In this document: positions 39,772-50,249 of the stretch, piece by piece
Numbering within the stretch: position 1 is the first letter of the stretch
Layout of the letters: each line of letters opens with the position of its first letter
Assembly: GCA_029258795.1 (NCBI GenBank)
Contig: JAPDKB010000009.1
Span: 40,677-104,676 of the forward strand
Origin: an archaeon
Lineage (GTDB): Archaea > EX4484-52 > WAPT01
Length of the DNA: 64,000 nucleotides
Direction of reading: 5' to 3'
Position numbers and translations under genes: made by a program
Notes under the pieces: generated by a model
Database searches by the model: none
What the model saw: the letters and a program-made list of their open reading frames with translations, nothing else
Told to the model about the DNA's origin: nothing

Positions 39772-40417
39772 ACACAATGTTCTTTATTTTTTCAACATTT
39801 TTTATTAACCATACTGTAAGTTTCTCTTCGGTTTCATGTTCTTCGTACCACTCATCTTTATTTTCTTCCCATTCCAGAATGAAGAGATGCAGATCATGAT
39901 AAAGGCTAATGCCAAGTATTAAGAGCATGAACCCTAGTATGCTTAGACCAGTGAGCTTTACCACCGGCATGAAATTCTGGTCCAACCCTACTGCTTGTAA
40001 GGCATACATGATATCTCCATTATTTTGAAAGAAGTACACAGAAGTATTGAGAAAAAACGACATGGCTAGAGCAACGGAGAGAAGCGCCGCATTAACCCTT
40101 CTTTTTCTCGTCAGCACGATATCAATCACCATCAAGATGAAACCCAATACAAATGTAAGAATCACACCACCAAGATATACTGAAAGTTGCTGAACCTTCG
40201 TAAGTTCACAGACCTCATAAATTTTTCCATAAAAGCTTTTGAGTATTACGATATCCAGATGAGCAACATATTTACAGCCATAATATTTTAACATAAGGAT
40301 GTGTCCCATTTCATGAATCACCGGTGCAATGATGTAAAATCCAAAAAGGAAAAGTAGGGCACCCACTACAATGATGCCGTACTCCTTCGGGTGAGAATTC
40401 AGAGTGTCATCCGTCAT
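39722..40417 (-). CDS. membrane metallopeptidase (M50-like)
   Basis: HEMGH next to a TM helix, later NNGD, several TM segments. Confidence 0.65.
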   Translation of the reverse strand: MTDDTLNSHPKEYGIIVVGALLFLFGFYIIAPVIHEMGHILMLKYYGCKYVAHLDIVILKSFYGKIYEVCELTKVQQLSVYLGGVILTFVLGFILMVIDIVLTRKRRVNAALLSVALAMSFFLNTSVYFFQNNGDIMYALQAVGLDQNFMPVVKLTGLSILGFMLLILGISLYHDLHLFILEWEENKDEWYEEHETEEKLTVWLIKNVEKIKNIVFKSSKRYNRKSRASRK

Positions 40418-40420
40418 TCA

Positions 40421-42205
40421 TCACACACCGAAAAATTCGTTTATTTTCTGGAAGAGACTCTTTTTATCTCGTTCTTTTCGTTCAACATTTTCACTCTTTT
40501 TTGACACATTATCTATCGTATTTTTCCCCTCCTTTACCTCCTCATTAGGTGGCTCTTCACTTGCGGTTTTTTGCTCTTCACTTCGAATCTCGCTATACTC
40601 ATCTTCACTTTTTTCTTCAACCTTTTTCTCTTCTTTTTTTCCTTCTTCTTTAGCTACGCTTTTCTTGAGATCAGTGAAAATGAGATGTAATGTATCCTTA
40701 CATCCTTCATACACTTCATGCACATCATCATCACTTATCTTTCCCTGATATTCCTTCGCCATCATCTTCTCAAAGAAAGTGGCGAGCTTCATTTTAGTTT
40801 CAGAATCTATTCTTTCATCACTCTTTATTTTTTCTACAACCTGCGCGTGTGTGAGCTCCTCATTTATACCAAGGATATTCTCTACCTCTCTCTTTACTAA
40901 CAGCACCATCTTAGGGATAGCATCCCTGCCTTCATTTTTAGCGTAAATCTCCTCAAGCTCTTTTATAGCTTGCCTGTATCTGTCATCTTTAACGCTCTTC
41001 TTTTTGGAGAATAATTTTTTGAGTATGGATTCTTTCTCTTCAGTTTTCTCTTTCTTTCTATTGGCAATCTTTTCCTCGTGTTTGGAGAGTTTTTCGAGTT
41101 CATTTTCAGCGTCTTCAATCTCCTTCTTTATGCGATTAAGAAATGAGTTAAGCACAAGCTCTATCTCATCCACCACGAGATCATAGGTGGCAAGTTTATC
41201 TTCAATAATCTTTCTTTTTTTATTGTAAAGTTCCTCGTTAACCACGCCCTGATCATAAAGTTTCTGAAGAGCTTGCAGGTAAAGTTTAAGCTTTTCTTTT
41301 TCCTTTTTTACACCCTCTTCCTCCATGAATTCATCAATGAGTTTACTCATACGTTCTTTAAGTTTGATTATGGTGAGTTTTTGAGCTTCTTTATGTAAGA
41401 GTAAATCTGCAAGTTCCAGCTTCTTTACCAGAAGCTCTCTGCTTTTCTTATAATCTTCATCCTCTATAAAACCAGCTTCCTTCAATTTTTCAAGCGCTTT
41501 TATTCCATCTTCTATTTCCTTTTTCAAAGCCACGTACTTTTTAGTATTATCTCCCGAGATGATAACTGCCTCCCTAAGTTTTTTCTCTTCGCTTTTTTGA
41601 GATTCGGATGTTTCGGGTTCACTGGTATCCGCATCAGCCTCATGGGTCTCCACATTTTCCCTGAATTCTTTTTTATCTTTCTCCTTTTCTTTGCTCTTTT
41701 CCAGTCCTTTTTTGATGGTGTTTTTGAGCTCTTTAATAGCTTTCAATTTCTCCTTCAGAGTATCAGAACTCTCTTCATCTTCTTTTTCTGACACCTCTTT
41801 CTTTCTTTGAGAGGGTGGTGCCGGCGCTACAGTTTTCTCGGCCTCATCGCTCTTTTCGGAAGGAGATTCGTTAAAGAAATGTGAATATTCTTTTCCAACG
41901 CTCGTCGATGTTCCCTGAATCTTTGGCTGGGCGCTTTTCACTTCCTCTGGCTCTGAATTGCGGTAGACGTCCCCTTTTTCTTCCTGAGATTCTTCTTGAG
42001 GTTTTGATGAGGGGGGAGAAGTATTTTTACTTCCACCAAGTATGGATTTGAGCTGGGATATCATTTCCTGTGCTTGCTGGAGGGAATCATTTTCTTCAGT
42101 ATCCTTTTGCGGTAGAATAGCGTTAATATTGTCGTCTGGCTGTTTTTTTTCACTAACTTTTACATTCTCTTGGATCACTTTCTCGGTAATGACACTGTTT
42201 CCCAT
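40421..42205 (-). CDS. cytoplasmic coiled-coil, highly charged protein
   Basis: 594-aa ORF, disordered N-terminus, repeated L.KL...G.I.EE.Y...K (SHOCT-like) segments. Confidence 0.7.
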   Translation of the reverse strand: MGNSVITEKVIQENVKVSEKKQPDDNINAILPQKDTEENDSLQQAQEMISQLKSILGGSKNTSPPSSKPQEESQEEKGDVYRNSEPEEVKSAQPKIQGTSTSVGKEYSHFFNESPSEKSDEAEKTVAPAPPSQRKKEVSEKEDEESSDTLKEKLKAIKELKNTIKKGLEKSKEKEKDKKEFRENVETHEADADTSEPETSESQKSEEKKLREAVIISGDNTKKYVALKKEIEDGIKALEKLKEAGFIEDEDYKKSRELLVKKLELADLLLHKEAQKLTIIKLKERMSKLIDEFMEEEGVKKEKEKLKLYLQALQKLYDQGVVNEELYNKKRKIIEDKLATYDLVVDEIELVLNSFLNRIKKEIEDAENELEKLSKHEEKIANRKKEKTEEKESILKKLFSKKKSVKDDRYRQAIKELEEIYAKNEGRDAIPKMVLLVKREVENILGINEELTHAQVVEKIKSDERIDSETKMKLATFFEKMMAKEYQGKISDDDVHEVYEGCKDTLHLIFTDLKKSVAKEEGKKEEKKVEEKSEDEYSEIRSEEQKTASEEPPNEEVKEGKNTIDNVSKKSENVERKERDKKSLFQKINEFFGV

Positions 42206-42310
42206 GGTGGTGCACCACCCATCCGTCTAAACATTTATTAGGAGATTAAACCTATATATAGATATTTCGGTGTATTCGTTACGATAACACCCCGTTCAGG
42301 GTAGAAAAAT

Positions 42311-43315
42311 ATGCCCGTAGGTTCAGAAAAAAAGGAACTGGAACTCAGAATAGAGATGTGGAAGGAGAAGATAGAACAGTTCAAAGATGAGGTTAGAAAA
42401 ACCTTTATAGGACAGGATGAAGTTTTGAAAACAGCGATTCTTGGGATACTGTCGAGAGGACATGTGTTGCTGGAAGGTGCGCCCGGACTGGCAAAAACAT
42501 TGCTTGTGATGACTATAGCTAAAACGGTTCGAAACGCCAAGTTCCAGCGTATTCAGTTCACTCCTGATCTGCTACCTAGCGATCTAACTGGCGTGACTGC
42601 TTACGACCCAAAGAGGAGTGAGTTTTATGTAATTAAGGGGCCTGTCTTTGCAAATTTCATTCTGGGAGATGAAATCAACAGAGCCCCGCCAAAAGTTCAG
42701 AGTGCTATGCTCTCGGTCATGCAGGAGAGACAGGTGGTTATAGGTAAGGAGATATATGATCTGGAGGAGCCATTTTTTGTTATGGCAACCCAGAATCCTA
42801 TAGAACAGCAGGGTACTTACCCCTTACCGGAAGCACAGGTGGACAGATTTCTGTTTAAAGTGCTGGTGGACTATCCTAAAAAAGATGAGGAGTTAGCGAT
42901 ACTGGATAGGAACACGATGATAAGAGAGTTTGAGGAAGCAGGTGTGCAGGCTGTGCTCGATAAACAAGAGATTTTGGAGATGCAGGCTGACGTCAAGAGA
43001 GTTTATTCTTCCGAAGAGATCAAAAATTATATAGTGGATATAGTCCTGGCAACCAGAGACCCGGAAGCTTATGAGATAAAGAGTGGAAAGTATATTGCAT
43101 GGGGAGCATCACCAAGAGCATCCATAGCGCTTTACATAGCGTCAAAAGCTCACGCCTTTATAGAAGGAAGAACTTTTGTCATTCCGGAAGATGTCAGAGC
43201 TGTCGCACATGATGTGCTGAGGCACAGGATTATATTGAATTATGAAGGTAAAGCGCTGGAAATAACTACTGATGAGATTATAGACGAAATTTTAAAAAAG
43301 GTGCCCGTACCCTGA
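42311..43315 (+). CDS. moxR: MoxR family AAA+ ATPase
   Basis: LLEGAPGLAKT, RIQFTPDLLPSD, DEINRAPPKVQSA, ATQNPIEQQGTYPLPEAQVDRF, GASPR. Confidence 0.93.
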   Translation: MPVGSEKKELELRIEMWKEKIEQFKDEVRKTFIGQDEVLKTAILGILSRGHVLLEGAPGLAKTLLVMTIAKTVRNAKFQRIQFTPDLLPSDLTGVTAYDPKRSEFYVIKGPVFANFILGDEINRAPPKVQSAMLSVMQERQVVIGKEIYDLEEPFFVMATQNPIEQQGTYPLPEAQVDRFLFKVLVDYPKKDEELAILDRNTMIREFEEAGVQAVLDKQEILEMQADVKRVYSSEEIKNYIVDIVLATRDPEAYEIKSGKYIAWGASPRASIALYIASKAHAFIEGRTFVIPEDVRAVAHDVLRHRIILNYEGKALEITTDEIIDEILKKVPVP

Positions 43316-45763
43316 TCAAAACCTTCTCTTTCCAAATGGAAGAACTCTGCTTCTCAGCTTCAATTTCTTCCTTTTCTTTACTGATGCTGCCAGAAAGATC
43401 ATGAACACGAAGAAGATGGATAAGTAGAAATTCGTTTTTTCCGCACCTTCCAAAGCAAAGTACCCAGAAATACTATCTATTTCTGGAAGATCAAAGCTCC
43501 AACCTTCGTCAGCACTTTCTGCCTGTTGCTGCGCACTGCTATTGGTCTCTTCAACCTCCTCCTCCAGCTTCAGAGTGAATGAAACGGTATCCTTTGCTTC
43601 TTTACCGCTGAATGTGATCTTCGGGAAATAATATTTCTCACAACGGTCATTTATACAATCTTCTGCAGGTATGTTTATGTACATTTTAATAACTTTACTC
43701 TCTCCGGCTTTGATAACGTTTATGGATTTCGGAACAATTGCAAACCAGTCATAGTTCAGGTTTGTAACATCAACCACAATGTTCGTTACATCAACCTGCC
43801 CTGTGTTTTGGAGCGTTATCTCCACTACCTTACTCTGTCCCGGGACAACACTTACAACATCTGGAGCAATGGATTTCAATTCGATTTTTCTCTCAACATG
43901 AATAACGAATGTCTTCTCAATAGAAATGTACGGGTTTTTTTCGGCTTTGGTCACAATTTCGTAACTGCCGTCTTCTTGAGGCGCGCTTATAACTGCAGAG
44001 AACTTCCCACCCAAATCGGTGGTTGTGGTTGTTGTCGCTTCCATCCCCTTTATGCTCACTGTAATTCGAACATCTTTGACGGGGTCTCCTTTGCTGTTTT
44101 TGACCACTCCGCTCACTTCCACATTCTCTCCAGCATAATAATCTTTCTGTACCTCATCAAGCTCTATTATGAGGGGCTCGCGTTCTCCAACCACGAAAGC
44201 CCCGAGCTTGGTCGTATTTACCTTCACCACATTAGACACTATATTGACTTCCGAGGAAACAGCTTCCCACTCACCCACACACTCCCTCCTCCCAAAATTC
44301 CAGTCAGTACATCTATAAACCTCCAATCCTTTTTCGTTCCTAACGGAAGCATCGTTGTAAGGTATTGTGAGATATGCTGTTTTGAAGAGGGGTGCGAACT
44401 CCAGAACCACGAGTTTTACAGCTTTGAACCCCTCTATCTGTATGTTTTTTATGAATCTATCATACCTTATTCCATTTACCACGGGTTCGTTAATCTCAAC
44501 CTGTTTTATAACTGCGGTTACTTCCGGAAACCGTATCTCGAAATCGTATGTGCCCGAAGGTAATGAGGTTTGGTATCTTCCCAGATTATCGGTTCGCATC
44601 AAAATTTCCTCCGTGTTTTCACCTCTTATCTTTATGATTCCATTCACAACATTACCTGCAGGATCTATCAGCTGACCCGACACAGGTATGACGAAATAAA
44701 CCGGAACCTTGGATGAGACTGCAGGGGTGTAACCATCATATACGACTTTGATATAGAGTTCGTAGGGTTCGTTGGAAGATTCTAATTTGGGTATCTGCAC
44801 AAGCAACTTGTATCTCTGTGTGTTGGCATCATACCAAACATTTAGGATTGGAATTCTCTTATCAATTCCATTACCCTCAATATAAGCTTCGAAATTATCC
44901 ACAGTAAGATCATTTGCGGGCACGCCCTTTTCCAGAACTTGAATGGTTATGTTTTTGTTGGTGGTGTCTGCCAGCCTTATCTCGGTGGATGGGTTGGGAT
45001 CTATCAGCACAGCGACCAGAGCATCATTTATTCTGACAGCATCATAAGCAACATCAATTGCAGTTCTTTTCGACCCGTCCATGGTCAGTGATCCTCTCAC
45101 CTCCAGGTCATAAATGCCCGGTGGCGTGTTCTGGTTGAAAGAAACTACTTGAATGCTCCAGATTTTTGTTCCGGGGTCAAATATGATGCTATCTACATTC
45201 AATGGGATTTTGGTATTACCTTCCTTAATGGACACGGAAAACTCCGGAGCGAGACCCGTGTCTACATACTGGTTATTGATTTTAAATTTCAATTTTACGG
45301 TGAACGATGATCCTGCATATACATCATATAGGCTACCGGTTGCGGGTTCAACTATCTCAATCGTTGGCTTTTTTACAACAAAAGATAGAGTTTCAGTATC
45401 TTTTCCAGAGGAATCCTCGCAAGTTACGGTTGCCTCATAATTTCCGTAGAAAGTTGCAGTGTAATGCGCTTCATACATCCCACTCTCATCCTCTCCAAAA
45501 TTCAGCGGTGCTTCCTTACCATCTGGAAGTGTAACAACTCCAAAGATGGAAGATGAGTTACTACTCTCATTCAAACTGCAATTGAGATGAAACGCGATTT
45601 CAACAGCATTTTGGTCGTAATTCATCCATATGGGGGATGAGGGTTCCATGTAAAGCTCTACTATCTTAGCAGCATTAGTGCAGGAAGGCACTATAACAAT
45701 GCCCATCACCAACAGGTACAGAATTAATATTCTATTTACTGCTTGCATTCGCGAAACACCCAC
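43316..45763 (-). CDS. secreted multi-Ig-like surface protein with C-terminal TM anchor
   Basis: Signal peptide, beta-rich modules, YRCTDWNF...C.GEW motif, C-terminal TM followed by a basic tail. Confidence 0.78.
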   Translation of the reverse strand: MGVSRMQAVNRILILYLLVMGIVIVPSCTNAAKIVELYMEPSSPIWMNYDQNAVEIAFHLNCSLNESSNSSSIFGVVTLPDGKEAPLNFGEDESGMYEAHYTATFYGNYEATVTCEDSSGKDTETLSFVVKKPTIEIVEPATGSLYDVYAGSSFTVKLKFKINNQYVDTGLAPEFSVSIKEGNTKIPLNVDSIIFDPGTKIWSIQVVSFNQNTPPGIYDLEVRGSLTMDGSKRTAIDVAYDAVRINDALVAVLIDPNPSTEIRLADTTNKNITIQVLEKGVPANDLTVDNFEAYIEGNGIDKRIPILNVWYDANTQRYKLLVQIPKLESSNEPYELYIKVVYDGYTPAVSSKVPVYFVIPVSGQLIDPAGNVVNGIIKIRGENTEEILMRTDNLGRYQTSLPSGTYDFEIRFPEVTAVIKQVEINEPVVNGIRYDRFIKNIQIEGFKAVKLVVLEFAPLFKTAYLTIPYNDASVRNEKGLEVYRCTDWNFGRRECVGEWEAVSSEVNIVSNVVKVNTTKLGAFVVGEREPLIIELDEVQKDYYAGENVEVSGVVKNSKGDPVKDVRITVSIKGMEATTTTTTDLGGKFSAVISAPQEDGSYEIVTKAEKNPYISIEKTFVIHVERKIELKSIAPDVVSVVPGQSKVVEITLQNTGQVDVTNIVVDVTNLNYDWFAIVPKSINVIKAGESKVIKMYINIPAEDCINDRCEKYYFPKITFSGKEAKDTVSFTLKLEEEVEETNSSAQQQAESADEGWSFDLPEIDSISGYFALEGAEKTNFYLSIFFVFMIFLAASVKKRKKLKLRSRVLPFGKRRF

Positions 45764-45769
45764 CTTCTC

Positions 45770-46519
45770 TCAAATCAAGCCCAGCAATTTTCTTATTCCC
45801 AAAAATCTGGGCGGTTCATAAACCTTTCCTATCAGCTTGGCTGCAAGCTTTTTCATGGCTATGGATGAAGAGGTGTAAGGATCCATCGCAATCACAGGAG
45901 TGCGCTGAAAGACACTCTTTCTGACCTTTTCATCTTCGGGGATGACCTCTATGATGGGAGCTTCACAAATCACCTCAATCTCTTCCGGCTTTAGTTCGTG
46001 TTCATATCCGCTGTATCTGTTAACAACAACACCCAAAATCCTCTTTTTTTGCTCTTCAGCCATCTTTATTACCTTTGCAGCGTTAGCCACAGCCGGAATT
46101 TCAGGAGTGGTCACGGCAAGCACCTCATCACACGCATTGAGCACCTCTCTACCAACAGTGTCCAATCCAGGTGGAGCGTCCACAATCACAATGTTGTAGG
46201 GTAGGGACTTCAATGTTTGCCTTAAATTCTTTGGTTTGACCGTCACGTCGTTTAGGGCTATGGAGCTGGGTATGAAGTTTATTCCTGTGGGATGTGTATG
46301 GATCGCGTGCTCAACCTCACTATCCCCTCTGATTATGCTTTGAAGGGTGTTGGGGAAAGAATAGTGCCCCAAATATATTCCCAAATTGGACGCGGTCATA
46401 TCTGCATCCACAACCACAACCTTCTCCCCAAACTGATGGAGAGCAAGAGCAAGGTTAGCAGCGCAAACGGTTTTACCAACTCCTCCTTTTCCAGAAGCAA
46501 CACATATTACTCGAGGCAA
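45770..46519 (-). CDS. minD: MinD/ParA-family ATPase
   Basis: SGKGGVGKT, VDAD...NL, VDAPPG, GVVVNR, IPED..V, amphipathic C-terminal helix FLGIRKLLGLI. Confidence 0.88.
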   Translation of the reverse strand: MPRVICVASGKGGVGKTVCAANLALALHQFGEKVVVVDADMTASNLGIYLGHYSFPNTLQSIIRGDSEVEHAIHTHPTGINFIPSSIALNDVTVKPKNLRQTLKSLPYNIVIVDAPPGLDTVGREVLNACDEVLAVTTPEIPAVANAAKVIKMAEEQKKRILGVVVNRYSGYEHELKPEEIEVICEAPIIEVIPEDEKVRKSVFQRTPVIAMDPYTSSSIAMKKLAAKLIGKVYEPPRFLGIRKLLGLI

Positions 46520-46582
46520 GTGCTCACCCCACAGGTATGCATTTTTAAACTATTTTTGGTGAAATAACATATATAAATATAT

Positions 46583-47479
46583 CTACATCTCACACTTTTT
46601 TGATTTGGGTTGAGTTCTTTTCTTTGATTTTGGGATGTTTTTGTAATCAGAGCCAAGATGCTTCGATAATATGAAGCCAAACACCATACCCACAACCATC
46701 CCGATCAAGAGCACGATTGGTAAACTCGGACGTTTCTCTTCCTCCCTGATTTGAGGTAAAACGTCGAACCTGTAAACCTTACCGCCTGAGCTGTCTATTA
46801 ACACCATAGGAATCTTTTTGGTGGTTAAAACTCCGTAGTCCCAATTAATCTGAAGTTTCAAGACACCATCTTCCAACTCCAGCTCCCGATAACGAGCAGC
46901 ATAAACCTTGTCTCCCGGAGGTATGGTGAGCGGTAGCACCAGAACATCCTTCAGATTGCTACTGGTTGTGTTCACCAGTGTAATCTCAACGTTTATTGTT
47001 GAAGGGTCATTTTCATAAATCCACGAATTCGAAGCCACACGTATTACTGACATATTGGTGTAGTTGGAGCCATTGATTTGAAGGGTTGTTTTATTCAACC
47101 TTTTTATTTCATCGCAAAAGTATAGCGTGGGGATGAGCGTGAAATTTCCAGACAGATTACCGAAAAACCAGTAATTTCTGAAGGTGGCTATTCCTCCCGG
47201 GGCAACGCGCTCCACATTGCTCCACGAGGTGTAAATTATTGACCCATTTGCATCTTCAACATCAATTCTCATGTACGTTTTGCATCCCGCAGAGCCCGTA
47301 TTTTCCCATACAGACACAACCTCAACCACGCTCATATTCTCCAGAATTGAAACATTGCTGTAGGCAAGGGTACCATCAACATCTCCTGCTATGTTAACAA
47401 ATATGGGAACTGATGATGCAAAATTGATGCAGAATGCTATACTGAAACAAACCAGCAAGATCGGAAGCAATCTTTTCAT
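46583..47479 (-). CDS. secreted Ig-like protein with C-terminal TM
   Basis: Signal peptide, WENTGSAGC, C-terminal TM plus basic tail. Confidence 0.72.
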   Translation of the reverse strand: MKRLLPILLVCFSIAFCINFASSVPIFVNIAGDVDGTLAYSNVSILENMSVVEVVSVWENTGSAGCKTYMRIDVEDANGSIIYTSWSNVERVAPGGIATFRNYWFFGNLSGNFTLIPTLYFCDEIKRLNKTTLQINGSNYTNMSVIRVASNSWIYENDPSTINVEITLVNTTSSNLKDVLVLPLTIPPGDKVYAARYRELELEDGVLKLQINWDYGVLTTKKIPMVLIDSSGGKVYRFDVLPQIREEEKRPSLPIVLLIGMVVGMVFGFILSKHLGSDYKNIPKSKKRTQPKSKKCEM

Positions 47480-47503
47480 ATTGTTTAGAAGGTCAGGAAA
47501 TCT

Positions 47504-48061
47504 TTATATGTCCTTTCTCCAAGCTTCAAACTTATACTCACACAATTCGTTCAGGAATTTTTCCGAGACGCTATAGCGAGGAATACAAATCAGAACATGA
47601 GCCATCCCCGTATAATTCCCCACTTCATTTCCAACAAACTTTATTTTAACATTCATGGCTTCTCCCGGAGAAAGGACGATGTTGTTTCGCTCTATTTCAA
47701 CTTTTTCACTTACGTTCCCTTCTACCACTATCTGAATTTTGGTCTTCATTAGATTTGACGGAGCTTTTAGCTCTATTTCTCGGGTAACGTTTCCCCCCAA
47801 CGGAACGATACCGAACGCAAGCTCATCGGGATCAACGCTCACACCCAGCTTGGTAATGTTTGTCTGACTCATGTTGATTACAAAAGCGCTCGCATTAAAA
47901 CTCACATAGCGAATCATGACTCCGTGTTTGAAAAGGAAAACGATGAACACAAAAAATATGGAGAATGCTACAACAACACTCCAGCTGAATATTCTGGTTA
48001 TCAAACCATAATTTATTTCCTTTCTGAGTTTTGTCCTTTTTCTCTTCATGAGAACGCTCAC
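47504..48061 (-). CDS. N-terminally anchored Ig-like membrane protein
   Basis: One TM, then GVSVDPDELAFG.VP.G and GNYTG strands. Confidence 0.68.
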   Translation of the reverse strand: MSVLMKRKRTKLRKEINYGLITRIFSWSVVVAFSIFFVFIVFLFKHGVMIRYVSFNASAFVINMSQTNITKLGVSVDPDELAFGIVPLGGNVTREIELKAPSNLMKTKIQIVVEGNVSEKVEIERNNIVLSPGEAMNVKIKFVGNEVGNYTGMAHVLICIPRYSVSEKFLNELCEYKFEAWRKDI

Positions 48062-48062
48062 C

Positions 48063-49046
48063 TTACATTTTCCAGTAGACGTAAAGGCCTATCAGCGCGA
48101 GGATGATCATCAGGAACCACCATGGTATTTTTCTTTTTGGACTGGCCCGTTCCTGCACTTTTGCGACTATCTCTGCCGGAATCTTTATCACATCCTCTTT
48201 TGTGACTTGACCTGTGATGTAATCCACCTTCGCTTCCACCCTCACCTTTTCGGAAGGTATCTCTTCAGAGCTGGTCCAGAAACCGTGAAGAACCACAGTA
48301 TCTCCCGGAGCTATACGGGTAGCAGAACCGGCCAGAAGATCGATAACATTGCCTTCATTGTCCTTTATCTGCAGCTCCGAGAGTCTGGCGGTTATGGTGG
48401 TTGTTCCGGTGTTTTTGAAGAGCACATCTATTCTCACGCGGTTTTTGGCTTCCCTTTCAGCTTCAAAATCAATTATGGTTCCTTTTCTTTCAGCCACACC
48501 CGGAACTCTAAAAACGAAAATCAACCTTGTGATTCCCACAGTAGCTACCCCCGCCCCACCACTTGTCTCTACCCTGAGCTTCGGGATGATGTTGATCGCT
48601 CCAGCATGATATCCGGGCTCAGCGTCCTTCGGAACTTTTAGAATAAATGTGGCCTTTCTATTGTACTTTATAGAAGTGCCGTCAGGGAGCGTTATCACCT
48701 TCACATTGTTTGGATCGAGGATGTAGGGGTTTTGGGGAAATTCGATCCAGCTTGAGATGTCTTCTTCAGAGACTTCTGCAGGAATCATAACATATGGATC
48801 TCTCTTTTCTTTAAACAAAACATCTCGGTGCACTGGAACGTAAGATAAGGTTACGGGAAGCGGCTCTCGGGTGTTGGAAATTATGTAAAAACTAACCGCC
48901 ACCTCCTTTCCTCGGGGAACATCTCCGAGGTCTATCACTCCGGGAGACACACCTATACCTAAGGAATATGAGGTTGTGCTCAATAAAATCATCATTGACA
49001 GTGAAATGAACCAAAAACTTACTGGTTTTTTATCAATATTCATCAT
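48063..49046 (-). CDS. secreted two-domain protein with C-terminal TM; fimbrial-chaperone/DUF916-like
   Basis: Signal peptide then GIGVSPG.IDLG, VP.DAEPG.H.GAI, F.NTG; TM anchor. Family call is by motif resemblance only. Confidence 0.55.
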   Translation of the reverse strand: MMNIDKKPVSFWFISLSMMILLSTTSYSLGIGVSPGVIDLGDVPRGKEVAVSFYIISNTREPLPVTLSYVPVHRDVLFKEKRDPYVMIPAEVSEEDISSWIEFPQNPYILDPNNVKVITLPDGTSIKYNRKATFILKVPKDAEPGYHAGAINIIPKLRVETSGGAGVATVGITRLIFVFRVPGVAERKGTIIDFEAEREAKNRVRIDVLFKNTGTTTITARLSELQIKDNEGNVIDLLAGSATRIAPGDTVVLHGFWTSSEEIPSEKVRVEAKVDYITGQVTKEDVIKIPAEIVAKVQERASPKRKIPWWFLMIILALIGLYVYWKM

Positions 49047-49146
49047 GTTAAAACATCACCCACTTTCACCTTTAAATTAATATCGACATCCCCACATCTC
49101 AAATTATTTTTTCTCTCGTTATATCGAACTATACACTCAATAAGAG

Positions 49147-49160
49147 AAAAATTTATATAC
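49147..49160 (+). promoter_or_regulatory. BRE/TATA promoter of first pilin-like unit
   Basis: AAAAATTTATATAC, purine-rich BRE followed by TTTATATA. Confidence 0.55.
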
Positions 49161-49193
49161 TCCCTCGTATCGGTATTATCTTCACACAGTATC

Positions 49194-49237
49194 TGAGGGG
49201 CTATTTTGCTCCTCAGGAAGACGGGGGATTAGGATGT
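49194..49237 (+). repeat. left arm of long-range inverted repeat (perfect core 49207-49228)
   Basis: TGCTCCTCAGGAAGACGGGGGA is the exact reverse complement of 53866-53887. Confidence 0.92.
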
Positions 49238-50184
49238 TGCCCAGTAAGGGGGATAAAACACAGAGTTATTTAGAGCCAGCGACTTTGGGATTTGTAGTGT
49301 TACTTCTATTGCTATCTATAATGAAATTGCCCTCTTTATCGTTTGGTTATGAAGCCAACGATACCATAACCATAAACGTCACCGTGGCTCAGGTGGCGAT
49401 GGTCACCATCGATCCGAGCTCTCTGAGCTGGAGCAATGTTGAACCCGGCAGTGTGGGCGACGAGGATTATGAGGATCATGGTTATGATGGTATATGGATA
49501 GAGAACATAGGTAGTGTAAACATAACTTATGTATGGTTCAACGCTTCTTACCCTCCATCCTCACCTTTTGGAACTGGTGATCCTCAAGCATATGATGCTG
49601 GAAACTTCGTGGTGCTCACGCCAAATGAATCAACAACACCATATCATTTCGTTAACAGGGTGGAGTACAACGATCTTTACAGGACAGGCACCATGTATGT
49701 ATTTCCAGCAGGAACACCATCCTTCTTCGGAAGGTTCAGAAACGCAAGTTACGAATACTTTATTGAGCTTGATGCCACAAATTATGGAAACTGCAGCAGT
49801 GGTAGTCTGTACATTTCAGATACTCCGAAAACAAAGGAAAATAGCGGAGATATATACCTCTCAGATAACACCCCAGTCACCGTCAATCCGGTGAGTTATA
49901 ATGGAAAGACATGGGGTGTTGCAGAGGTTGATATAGACACCCAAAAGTACTGTGTGATTTTTGATTCGGGGTGTAATTACGCTATTTTCAACAGATGGAA
50001 CGCTGATTTGCCGGGAGTCAACTCCACCTATTGTCCAAATGTAAGTGGTTATATGAAAGACGATTCCACACAACCCATCGTTCCCGGAGATGTGTTCAAG
50101 GTGAATATAAGGGTGTATGTCCCTTATGGTGTCCCTTACGGTACTGTTAAGACTGGTACACTCACGGTCTTTGTTAAAGCGTGA
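49234..50184 (+). CDS. secreted pilin-like paralogue A1
   Basis: Signal peptide; shared motifs ANDTITINV, IENIGS.NI, PFGTG, NRVEY, GRFRN, YVPYGVP; no TM anchor. Confidence 0.75.
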   Translation: MLPSKGDKTQSYLEPATLGFVVLLLLLSIMKLPSLSFGYEANDTITINVTVAQVAMVTIDPSSLSWSNVEPGSVGDEDYEDHGYDGIWIENIGSVNITYVWFNASYPPSSPFGTGDPQAYDAGNFVVLTPNESTTPYHFVNRVEYNDLYRTGTMYVFPAGTPSFFGRFRNASYEYFIELDATNYGNCSSGSLYISDTPKTKENSGDIYLSDNTPVTVNPVSYNGKTWGVAEVDIDTQKYCVIFDSGCNYAIFNRWNADLPGVNSTYCPNVSGYMKDDSTQPIVPGDVFKVNIRVYVPYGVPYGTVKTGTLTVFVKA

Positions 50185-50249
50185 TGAGTGGGTAACGTGT
50201 GTATGATGTTCATCCCAATCAATCATATTCAAGACGGAGGTGATACACC

